Shown here piece after piece: positions 28,733-37,117 of a DNA stretch of 64,000 bases. Made by a program: the position numbers and the translations under genes. The notes under the pieces were generated by a model. That model saw only the letters and a program-made list of their open reading frames with translations, was not told the DNA's origin and did not search any database. The stretch is from a virus. Where the stretch lies: positions 10,453-74,452 of IMG/VR virus record IMGVR_UViG_3300036900_000256. One strand, written 5' to 3'. Positions within the stretch are counted from its first letter, which is position 1, and each line of letters begins with the position of its first letter.

Positions 28733-29303
28733 TCCTGTGACGCTGGTTCGCGTTACTCACGGAGAGGTGACAGAACAGGGGGACAACTGGAAAGTTGACC
28801 GATTCAAAACGATGTCTGATGGAAGCGTGGAGGAGGGATGCCACATCATATCCAAGGAATGTTTGGAGTGGCGCGCAGCGGAATACGGGATTCCGCAGCA
28901 AGACCTCAATACCCTTCTGGATATCGTCCTGGCGGAGCCGTATATGACAGATGAGGATTGGGCCACCGGCCCTAATCTGCACACAGCTTCGTCTGTCGCC
29001 GAGGCACGAGATGCACATTTGGCCAGGGTGATTGCAGTGAAGCTCCGGCTTCGAATCAGCACCCAGTCGAAGGATCCGAACAAGGTGTATGCCGTAATCA
29101 AGGCTAAGAAGCCTGGCGCCAAGGACGAGGTGATTACTTTTCTGGACATTATTCGCGCGGGATCTCCTATAGAAGACGAGACCCTTGATGCGAAGCGGGA
29201 AATGGTCAAGAGTTCGCGAAGGTCAGTTAGGGAAGAAAACAACAAGGCCAAGCCTACTCGTCGTGAGCGTTTTCGCCGAGAAGTAGAGAAGCGCAAGGAG
29301 TAG
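28725..29303 (+). CDS. Hypothetical tail-associated protein (lower GC)
   Basis: ATG 28725 overlaps the upstream gene; AT-richer codons. Confidence 0.6.
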   Translation: MADPVTLVRVTHGEVTEQGDNWKVDRFKTMSDGSVEEGCHIISKECLEWRAAEYGIPQQDLNTLLDIVLAEPYMTDEDWATGPNLHTASSVAEARDAHLARVIAVKLRLRISTQSKDPNKVYAVIKAKKPGAKDEVITFLDIIRAGSPIEDETLDAKREMVKSSRRSVREENNKAKPTRRERFRREVEKRKE

Positions 29304-29308
29304 CCCTG

Positions 29309-30298
29309 ATGTCCAGCACGACTGCCCGCATCGGCCTGGTCAAGGAGGTCGGGAGCGAGAACTACAGCGTTGTCACGGTCGACAACAACCTCGACCTCGT
29401 CGACGCCGCCGCCGGGTTCCAGGCCTGCACCTCGTCTACCCGCCCGTCCGCCCCGTACAACGGCAAGGGCATCCGGGAAACTGACACCGGGTCGTACTAC
29501 ATCAGCAACGGGTCGGCGCCCGCGTCGGGCAGCTGGCGTCCCATTTGGGGCGTGGACGGCCCGGTGATCGTCGGCGCGGTCGGTGCGTCGGCACCCCTCC
29601 GTGGGGAAACCACCTCCACCATCAGCGGCAACCGGTTCATCGACACCCGCAAATCCGGTGAAGCCCAATCGGGTTGGATCGTTGACTTCGACGGCAAGAT
29701 GCAGTGGGGTCCAGGCGGTTCAACGAACCCCGACACGAACCTTTATCGATCGGCGGCGGACACCCTTCGTACCGACGACAACCTCTACGTCGGCGGTACG
29801 CTGACTGTAATCGGCGCAGTCACTGGTTCGGTCGCGCGCGGGGTCATCGGTGGTCGGCGGATCACCGGCGCCAACAACCTCGGGTCCGCGATCGGTGCTA
29901 CCGAGACAATGCCGACGAACCTGAACTCCGGTGCAGTCGCCCTCGGTGCGAACCGGCGACTCCTGATTCATACCCGATTCAAGTGCCAGGGTTCCGTGTC
30001 CACCGACTCGTGGCAGATCCGTGTGAAGGAAGACCCCAGCGCCGCCGGTACGGGCGGAAACACAATCCGGCAGTTCGTCATCCAGACCATCGACTCCAGT
30101 CTCGGATTCACCTATGACGTGTGGGCCGACTACGAAACCAGTTCGGCTGTGACCCGGTACTTCAGCGTCACCTGCAACCGGGTAGCCGGTACCGGAACGT
30201 TGCAGTTCTCGGGCGGTGAAGTCACCAGCACCAACCTCGTCGGTGTCGTCGTCTACGACATGGGCGTCTCCGGTCTGCTGACCACCACAGCGAGCTGA
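29309..30298 (+). CDS. Tail fibre / receptor-binding-like protein
   Basis: CTSSTRPSAPYNGKGIRETDTG and DTNLYRSAADTLRTDD segments typical of actinophage fibres. Confidence 0.65.
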   Translation: MSSTTARIGLVKEVGSENYSVVTVDNNLDLVDAAAGFQACTSSTRPSAPYNGKGIRETDTGSYYISNGSAPASGSWRPIWGVDGPVIVGAVGASAPLRGETTSTISGNRFIDTRKSGEAQSGWIVDFDGKMQWGPGGSTNPDTNLYRSAADTLRTDDNLYVGGTLTVIGAVTGSVARGVIGGRRITGANNLGSAIGATETMPTNLNSGAVALGANRRLLIHTRFKCQGSVSTDSWQIRVKEDPSAAGTGGNTIRQFVIQTIDSSLGFTYDVWADYETSSAVTRYFSVTCNRVAGTGTLQFSGGEVTSTNLVGVVVYDMGVSGLLTTTAS

Positions 30299-30323
30299 CC
30301 ACCAACAACCACGGGAGTCCAGC

Positions 30324-30623
30324 ATGGAATACCACCAGAAACGGCAGCGCTACCAGGTCGTCACCTGGGACGGGACGAACCAGGCAGAGATCGAAGCATT
30401 CGTGACGTCACGCCTCCCGAACGACGACACCGCCGAATTCATCCTGGACGACGACAACGTTCTCCTGGTCCGGGTGAACGGGATCCGCCGCTACCCGGTC
30501 CCGCTCGGCCAGTGCCTCGTGTTCGGCCCGTACTGGTCGTCGGATTCCACAACGGGAACGCTCAATGTCATGTCGACCGCCGCATTCGCCGATCGCTTCG
30601 AAGAGGTCCCCGTCGGGACGTGA
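30324..30623 (+). CDS. Hypothetical protein
   Basis: GGGAG SD; WDGTN motif. Confidence 0.55.
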   Translation: MEYHQKRQRYQVVTWDGTNQAEIEAFVTSRLPNDDTAEFILDDDNVLLVRVNGIRRYPVPLGQCLVFGPYWSSDSTTGTLNVMSTAAFADRFEEVPVGT

Positions 30624-30699
30624 CCCGGTCCGTGCGGAACTGGTAGCCGAGCGAGAAGGACACCCCATGACGACCCTCGACCCGAACCAGGAGGTGTGA

Positions 30700-31128
30700 G
30701 TGGATGGCCTGGCACCGATGCTCACACACGCCATTGGTTCCCAGGCGGCCGACCCCGCTGTGGTTGTGGGTACCCCGTGGTGGGTCGCCGCTCTCCTCAT
30801 GGTCGCTCCGGTCGTCGGGACTGTGCTCGTCGCGAGAGCCCCTGTGTGGGTCGAGAAGGTCAAACAGCGCGGCAAGCAAGACCCACCCGCAACACCCCAG
30901 GCTGCCCCGTCCGTACCGGCGGCAGCCGACGCCCGCGCGGACGCCGCGTTCGACCTCGCCGAGAAAACCCTCCGCGACGCGTGGCGCGAACGGGACGCCG
31001 CGAACCGACGGGCCGAGCGCTTGCAGAACCAACTCGACGCCGAGCAAGAGCAAAACGGGGAGCAGGCCGTGACCATCGCGGAACTCCGGGCAGAGATCGC
31101 ATCAATGAGGGGACGGCGCACGCGGTGA
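30700..31128 (+). CDS. Membrane protein with coiled coil (lysis region)
   Basis: AGGAGG SD, one TM helix, C-terminal coiled coil. Confidence 0.6.
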   Translation: MDGLAPMLTHAIGSQAADPAVVVGTPWWVAALLMVAPVVGTVLVARAPVWVEKVKQRGKQDPPATPQAAPSVPAAADARADAAFDLAEKTLRDAWRERDAANRRAERLQNQLDAEQEQNGEQAVTIAELRAEIASMRGRRTR

Positions 31129-31991
31129 CCCAGCCACCAGAAGACGACACACAGCCCCTCACCGACGCGCGGTCCGAGGTGCACCAGGCGATGAACGGCG
31201 GCGCCCCGGAGCAGGTGGCCGCGGCAGCCGCGACGGAGGGGCGCCGTTGGTTCAGCCGGTCGGTGCTGGCCGCGTGCCTGGTGTCGATAGTGGTGTCGGC
31301 GTGTTTCAGCCTGGCTGCGTTCATCATCGCGGGCCGGACAGGGAAGCTGGTCGACGAGCAGGCGGTAAAGGTGGCCACCGTGCAGAAGTTGGCCGAGGAT
31401 GCCAAAGCTCAGGGCGACTTGGCGAACCAGATGTTGTCGCAGCGCGGTCAGGCGACGGTGCCGATCCCGAAACCCAACCCCGACGACAACTCCGAGGTGC
31501 TCGTCGCGTCCGCCACCGCACAGGTACTCGCGTCTCTCCCTGATACCCGGCCAACCGCTGTGCAGCTCGGCGAAGCGGTCGCTCTGTTTGTGGCGGCGCA
31601 CCCGATCGAACCGGTCGGGCCGTCCCCGCAGCAGATCGCCGAAGGCCTTGCCGGGTACCTCGCGGTGAACCCGCCCCCGGCTGGGCCGACCGGGGCGACT
31701 GGGGTTCCGGGCAGGGACTGTGACCCCGTTGCCATACCGGAGTGCAGGGGTCCTCAGGGTGACAAGGGGGACCCGCCGACGGCGGCCGAGATCCGCGCCG
31801 CGTTGGACCGGTACATCCGCGCTCACCCCGACATGCTGTGCCCGAACGGCGGAACTTTCACCGCGTTGAAGGTGCAACTGGCCGACAAACGGGGCACTGC
31901 GGATACCTGGCAGTGCGTGGTGGCCGTGTCGACACCACCGTCCACAACGGACCCAACACCTCCCGGCCTCCCGCTGCTACCCACCAAGTAG
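31125..31991 (+). CDS. Membrane-anchored protein with short collagen-like repeats
   Basis: TM helix; GPTGATGVPGRD and GPQGDKGDP; paired Cys residues. Confidence 0.65.
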   Translation: MTQPPEDDTQPLTDARSEVHQAMNGGAPEQVAAAAATEGRRWFSRSVLAACLVSIVVSACFSLAAFIIAGRTGKLVDEQAVKVATVQKLAEDAKAQGDLANQMLSQRGQATVPIPKPNPDDNSEVLVASATAQVLASLPDTRPTAVQLGEAVALFVAAHPIEPVGPSPQQIAEGLAGYLAVNPPPAGPTGATGVPGRDCDPVAIPECRGPQGDKGDPPTAAEIRAALDRYIRAHPDMLCPNGGTFTALKVQLADKRGTADTWQCVVAVSTPPSTTDPTPPGLPLLPTK

Positions 31992-31998
31992 GTGACTC

Positions 31999-32991
31999 AT
32001 GATCTTCGGTGTCGACGTCAGCAACCACCAAACGCACTTCGACTTCGCCGCAGCCGCGCGAGAGGGGTTCGACTTCGCGTTCGTCAAGTGCAGCCAGAAC
32101 GACAACTTCCGAGACGGCCGGTTCGTCCAGCACGCCAACGCTGCCCGCGCGGCCGGACTCCTCGTGGCCGCCTACCACTACCAGGGCACCGCACCCGTCG
32201 CCCGCCAGCTGTCCACCATCAAGGCCATGGCCGGGACGGACATCCCGATCATCCTCGACGTCGAGGACGGGTCCGGCGGGATCGACATCACCCGCGCCCT
32301 GGTAGCCGCACTGCGCGCCGAGGGCTACCAGGTGCCGCTCACGTACTTACCGCGCTGGTACTGGTCGGGGCATCTCGGCTCACCGAACCTGTCCGGGCTG
32401 CCGCCGCTGTGGGTGTCCTGGTACCCGGACTACACGGTGCGGCGCAAGGAGTCCGGGATCGACACAGTGCCGAACTCCGTGTGGAACGGCTACGGCGGCC
32501 TCGACGTCGCCGTCGTGCAGTTCACCAGCTCGGGCGCGGTGGCGGACTACCCCGGCGGCTCGATCGACCTCAACGCGTTCGCGGGCACCCGCGCGCAACT
32601 CGTAACCCTCCTGGAAGGAGAAGACGACGTGAACCTCAGCGACCCGCTACCCACGTACGACGACAACAGCACCACCGTGGAGGAGACCCTCTTCGGCGCG
32701 CATTACCACGCCAAGCAGGCCGATCAGCGAGCCGCACGAATCGAGGTCCAACTCGCCGCGCTAGGCGGCGCACTGTCCGACGCCGAGACGCACATCCTCG
32801 CCGCGAACAGGGAATCCGACGAGAACAGCACGGCAGCCGTGCTCGCGGCCATCCGCGCCCAACCGACCGGCGGCCAGGTCGACGTCCCCGCGCTCGCCGC
32901 CGCACTCCGCGTCGGCCTCGGCGACGAGATCGCCGACGACCTGGCCGACGAACTCGGCCAGCGATTGACCGGTACCCAGGAGGAAATCTGA
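31999..32991 (+). CDS. Endolysin, GH25 muramidase
   Basis: FGVDVSNHQ, FAFVKCSQ, AAYHY, LDVE, QFTSSG, IDLN. Confidence 0.9.
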   Translation: MIFGVDVSNHQTHFDFAAAAREGFDFAFVKCSQNDNFRDGRFVQHANAARAAGLLVAAYHYQGTAPVARQLSTIKAMAGTDIPIILDVEDGSGGIDITRALVAALRAEGYQVPLTYLPRWYWSGHLGSPNLSGLPPLWVSWYPDYTVRRKESGIDTVPNSVWNGYGGLDVAVVQFTSSGAVADYPGGSIDLNAFAGTRAQLVTLLEGEDDVNLSDPLPTYDDNSTTVEETLFGAHYHAKQADQRAARIEVQLAALGGALSDAETHILAANRESDENSTAAVLAAIRAQPTGGQVDVPALAAALRVGLGDEIADDLADELGQRLTGTQEEI

Positions 32992-33362
32992 TGGGCAAGC
33001 TCTTCGGGCGTGAGCCCGCGTACTTCATGGCGTTGATCAGCTCGGCGATCGCGCTGGCCACCGGCCTCGGACTGGACCTGTCGATCGACCAGCAAGGCGC
33101 GCTCAACGCGTTCGTCGCCGCGGTGTTCGCCGCGGTCACCGCGTGGAAGCTGGCCCGCAACGGGTCAGTCGCCGCGCTGGTCGGTGTCGGCAAGGCGGCG
33201 ATCGCAATCGCCTTGGCCTTCGGCTTCCACCTGTCCCCGGAGTTGCAGTCCAGCACCATGCTGTTCGTTGAGCTGTTGCTGACCGGGCTCCTGGTCTGGC
33301 CGAACGTCACCGCGCCGATCAGGGAAGACGGCGTCGTGCTCGGATCCCGCCCGACCAACTGA
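32991..33362 (+). CDS. Holin
   Basis: MGKLFGREPA..., multiple TM helices, coupled to the endolysin. Confidence 0.75.
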   Translation: MGKLFGREPAYFMALISSAIALATGLGLDLSIDQQGALNAFVAAVFAAVTAWKLARNGSVAALVGVGKAAIAIALAFGFHLSPELQSSTMLFVELLLTGLLVWPNVTAPIREDGVVLGSRPTN

Positions 33363-33460
33363 TCCCGCCCCCTAGACCTGCCGTGGCGTCGGCAGGGCCG
33401 GGCCCGGACCAGCGCCCTGGTCTGGGCCCGGCATCCACACCACCACCTGAGGAGATTTTG

Positions 33461-34066
33461 ATGGACATCGGTGTCGTCATCCCTACCCACCCGGCGCGGA
33501 TCACCAACGGGATGACTGCGCGCGCGGTGCAGTCGGTGTGGGCGCAGACGCTCCCGGCCGCCGAGGTGCACGTCACGGTCGACCTGATCGGCGGCGGCGC
33601 GTGGACGACGCGCGACCGCGGACTCCAGGCCGTCCGCGCGGAGTGGGTGGCGTTTCTCGACTCCGACGACGAGCTGATGCCGCACCACCTGGAGGTTCTG
33701 ACGCGCGGTGCGCAGGAGTCCGGGGCGGACTACGTGTACAGCTACTACCAGGTGCGCAACGCCTACGGGCAGGACATCGACTGTGACCCGCTCGGCCACT
33801 TCGGCAAGGTGTTCGACCCTTCCAACCCGTTGCAGACCACGATCGTCACCCTGGTCCGGACCGAGCTGGCGCAAACGGTGGGGTTCCATGCCCCGCCGAT
33901 GGACTCGAAGGTCGGCGGCCAGCGTTACGGTGAGGACTACGCCTTCACCTTGGGGTGCGTCGCGGCCGGGGCGAAGATCGTGCACATCCCCGAGCGCACC
34001 TGGTTCTGGGTCCATCACGGCCGGAACTCCTCCGGGATGCCGGGCCAGGGCGACGCCGCGGCCTGA
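33461..34066 (+). CDS. Glycosyltransferase family 2
   Basis: VVIPTH, WVAFLDSDD (DxD), GEDYAF. Confidence 0.85.
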   Translation: MDIGVVIPTHPARITNGMTARAVQSVWAQTLPAAEVHVTVDLIGGGAWTTRDRGLQAVRAEWVAFLDSDDELMPHHLEVLTRGAQESGADYVYSYYQVRNAYGQDIDCDPLGHFGKVFDPSNPLQTTIVTLVRTELAQTVGFHAPPMDSKVGGQRYGEDYAFTLGCVAAGAKIVHIPERTWFWVHHGRNSSGMPGQGDAAA

Positions 34067-34142
34067 CGATGCCCGGACATAGACCGACCCCCGGCGATGA
34101 GACCAGGGGTCGGCATGACCTATTTTCGCACTGCTGTTCGAC

Positions 34143-34643
34143 TCAGCCGATCGTGGCCAGCGCAGTCTCGTATTCCTTCGCCTGCTCCGGGGTCAGCAAC
34201 CCGGACACCCTCACCAACACGGGCCCCTTGGTGTAGTCGTACTCCTGGGCCAGCAGACCGCCGAGGTTCTTCAACTTCGCCTGGATGTCGTCCGCGCGTG
34301 CCTGGGCAGCCGCTTCGTCGGCGAACACTTCCACCCCGCCGCCGCGCTCGGTCGCCGTCTCGCCCTCGGGCACCTGATCGGCGGGCACCCGCGTGTCGGC
34401 GAACGCGGTCTTCGACAGGTAGCCGTTGGGCCGACCGAGCAGATGATTCGGGTCGTCATCCGCGTTGAACGTCTTGGTGAACCGCATCGTGGAGACCTTC
34501 GCCCCCAGTGCCTTCGTGATGCTGTCGGCGGTCTTCGGCGGGTCTGCGGTTGTGCCGGATGACGACTGGCCGCTGCACCCGGTGAGGAGTGCGACTGCCA
34601 GGAGCAGGACACCGCCGAGGGCGGTCCGCAAGTAGTTACGCAT
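34143..34643 (-). CDS. Lipoprotein
   Basis: Signal peptide with lipobox LTGC; DDPNHLLGRPNGY. Confidence 0.75.
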   Translation of the reverse strand: MRNYLRTALGGVLLLAVALLTGCSGQSSSGTTADPPKTADSITKALGAKVSTMRFTKTFNADDDPNHLLGRPNGYLSKTAFADTRVPADQVPEGETATERGGGVEVFADEAAAQARADDIQAKLKNLGGLLAQEYDYTKGPVLVRVSGLLTPEQAKEYETALATIG

Positions 34644-34673
34644 GGTGGGAATGTCGCATGGTTCCGCCGCTTG

Positions 34674-34919
34674 TTACCCCTGCGGCGTGTTGGGCACCTC
34701 GGGCATCACCCGGGCCAGCACGGTCAGTTTCGACGCCTCGACCCCATGTCCACACTGCATGCTCAACACCAGGGTCACCCACCACCCGCCCTCCGGGCAG
34801 GGTCGCCGCGGGTGCCTGTCTCCTTCGATGACGACCGTGTCAGGGCATTTCAGCAGGTGGCAGTCGGGTTCATGCTCCCGCAGGAAGGCGAACGCATACG
34901 CGCGGGCTTCCTCAGACAT
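34674..34919 (-). CDS. Hypothetical Cys-containing protein
   Basis: GGAGG SD, ATG 34919, coupled to the HTH gene. Confidence 0.45.
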   Translation of the reverse strand: MSEEARAYAFAFLREHEPDCHLLKCPDTVVIEGDRHPRRPCPEGGWWVTLVLSMQCGHGVEASKLTVLARVMPEVPNTPQG

Positions 34920-35211
34920 CGCGCTCCTCCGTGAAAGTAGGCCAGGTTCGGTTGCGGTTGTCCCTGTGCCACTCCCGGATCTGCTTCGCGATTCCCCCGG
35001 ACACGAACACCACGTTGCGCACCCGGTGCGTCGGGATCTTCCCCGCGCGTGCCTGCTGGTGGAGCGCGGACATGGTGAGTCCAAGCTGATCAGCGAGGTC
35101 CCGGAGCGCTACGTCGGGCAGGTGTTCGTTCTGCATGGTCGTGGAGTATTCCCCGGGGTACGCGCCACGCGGCGGAGCCGGTGGATCTTGTAGCGCGATT
35201 GGGGGTGGCAT
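34912..35211 (-). CDS. HTH (excisionase/MerR-like) regulator divergent from the transfer operon
   Basis: LRDLADQLGLTMSALHQQARAGKIPTHRV. TACGAT lies 7 nt before ATG 35211, suggesting a leaderless start. Confidence 0.6.
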   Translation of the reverse strand: MPPPIALQDPPAPPRGAYPGEYSTTMQNEHLPDVALRDLADQLGLTMSALHQQARAGKIPTHRVRNVVFVSGGIAKQIREWHRDNRNRTWPTFTEERDV

Positions 35212-35233
35212 GGCAGTAATCGTAACCCATCTA

Positions 35234-35252
35234 CTACACTCTCGTGTAGGAT
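35234..35252. promoter_or_regulatory. Palindromic operator overlapping divergent promoters
   Basis: CTACAC-tctc-GTGTAG, overlapping TAGGAT (-10-like) at 35247. Confidence 0.5.
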
Positions 35253-35299
35253 CAGGACCTTAGCGCATCGTGACCGTTTACTCACGAGGAGACACGCCC

Positions 35300-35716
35300 A
35301 TGACCAGCGGAACCAAGACCACCGACGCGCACCTCGTCACCGACATCGTCATGCTCGCCACCCACAACAACACCCAACACGTGCTACTCATCCAACGCGG
35401 ATGGCCACTCCCCGGCGGGTACGTCGACCAAGGCGAGACGTTCGAACAGGCCGCACGCCGTGAACTCGCCGAGGAAACCGGGCTCGTCGCTGCCGACCTC
35501 ACCCGGATCGGAATCTACGACGAGCCGGACCGCGACCCGCGCGGCCGTGTGGTCAGCGTCGCCTACGTCGCCCAACTCGACCACCTGCCTGCCGTGGTCG
35601 CCGGGGACGACGCCCGTGTGGCCCGCTGGGTCCCAGTCGCCCAGCTCCGCGGGCTCGACCTGGCGTTCGACCACGAACAGGTCCTGGTCGATGGGCTCCT
35701 CACCCCCCGCTCCTGA
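35300..35716 (+). CDS. Nudix hydrolase
   Basis: Intact Nudix box GYVDQGETFEQAARRELAEETGL; RDPRGRVVS, LAFDH. Confidence 0.88.
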   Translation: MTSGTKTTDAHLVTDIVMLATHNNTQHVLLIQRGWPLPGGYVDQGETFEQAARRELAEETGLVAADLTRIGIYDEPDRDPRGRVVSVAYVAQLDHLPAVVAGDDARVARWVPVAQLRGLDLAFDHEQVLVDGLLTPRS

Positions 35717-35753
35717 CCCGCAGACCACCACCAGCACCCGGAAGGACACACCC

Positions 35754-36741
35754 ATGGCAGAGCAGCAATCCTCGTCTCCCGCCCGGCGGGAGCGGGAGAG
35801 GAACGGCGGGTGGACCGACGCCGAACTGGCAGCCGAGGTCGCGGCCAAGGCCAGGCAGGCACGCGAACGCTGACCCGACCGCAGACGCACCCACCTACAT
35901 CCGGAAGGACACCACGATGAGCGCGACCAGAGTCGACACCCCCGCGACGCTGCGCGCCGAGCTGGCCGGCGACGCGCTGATCGCCGCCTGGGTGCGGGCA
36001 GGTTGGACCGGCGAACGGATCGTCGCGACGTTGCGGATGGGTCGCTCCAAGGTGCTGCCGAAGGTCGCGCAGGTCCGTGAGGAGTTGGCCGCGATCGGGT
36101 GGCGGCCGCCCGTTCGGCTCGACGAGATCGGCCGCCGCACCCGCTAGCCCCCGGTCGGGGCGGGAGGAATCCCGCGAAGAAGACCCCGCCCCGACCGGGC
36201 CCCAACCCAGCCATCACAAGGAGAAGCGATGACGACCGACTGGTCCGACATGACCCCCGAAGAGCGTGGCAACGCGTTTCGCGCGCACCACATCGACGGC
36301 ATGCCTTACCCGTCCGAGACGGACGTCGACGAGGAACTCGAACAGCTCTTCGACGACAACTGACCCGACCATCACCTGACTGGAAGGTCCCACCATGCTC
36401 CCGGGCACGCACACCCTGGGCAACACGGCCCGCACCTCCGCGATGGCGGGGAGCGCGCCGTGACCGGCCTGACGATCCTCGCCCGCCGCCTGCTGTGGTC
36501 GTGCTCCTACCACGCCCACCTGGCCGCCCTCGCGGTCCTCGACACGGTGCGTTACCTGCTCACCGCCGCCACCCTGCTCACCCACCGGGCACATACCGCG
36601 GTCGCCGAGCACGGCGGAACCGTCGCCGACGTCCTGGACGACGGCCGCGCCTGGGCCGACCGGGCCGAGTTCGACCGCGCCAAGTACCTGCGGCTGGTCG
36701 ACCAGCTGCTCAACGGAATCGACCTGAAGGAGAACCCGTGA
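35754..36741 (+). other. Four small ORFs of the transfer operon (35754-35873, 35917-36147, 36229-36363, 36460-36741)
   Basis: Each has an SD-like sequence (GAAGGA, AAGGAG or GGGGAG). A 15-bp inverted repeat lies at 36150-36199. Confidence 0.5.
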
Positions 36742-37100
36742 CCACCGCCGCCGAGAGGGTGTCGGAGCTCGCCGACGCGGAGCTGTTCACCTCGACCGCC
36801 CTGCACGACTTCGTGATCAAGGTCCGGGACCTGTGCCGGGACGTGGCCTACATCCTGCAGTTCCAGGCCGACACGCTGCAGGCGTCATTGGCGACCCTGC
36901 CCGTCGTGGGCTCGAAGTACGGGTCGCTGGCCTCCAGGGTCCGCGCCCGTTCGGTCGCGTGGTGCATGCGGTCCGCGGCCGAGGCGATCCAGCACGCCGG
37001 GAAGTTGACCGTGAAGGCGTGGTCCCTGTTCCAGAAGTACTACGTCGCCGAACAACAGAAACCGGCCGCCGGGAAGAAGCAGTTCCAAGTCAACTCCTGA
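36738..37100 (+). CDS. TraA-like plasmid transfer protein
   Basis: AAGGAG SD; 120-aa helical protein directly before TraB; SRVRARSVA..AAEA resembles Streptomyces plasmid TraA from memory. Confidence 0.55.
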   Translation: MTTAAERVSELADAELFTSTALHDFVIKVRDLCRDVAYILQFQADTLQASLATLPVVGSKYGSLASRVRARSVAWCMRSAAEAIQHAGKLTVKAWSLFQKYYVAEQQKPAAGKKQFQVNS

Positions 37101-37117
37101 TCCGGAGGGAAGCAGCA

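Noticed and set aside
25985-30298. Diversity-generating retroelement or invertible tail-fibre cassette
   Set aside because: No reverse transcriptase, invertase or template/variable repeat pair seen in the window.
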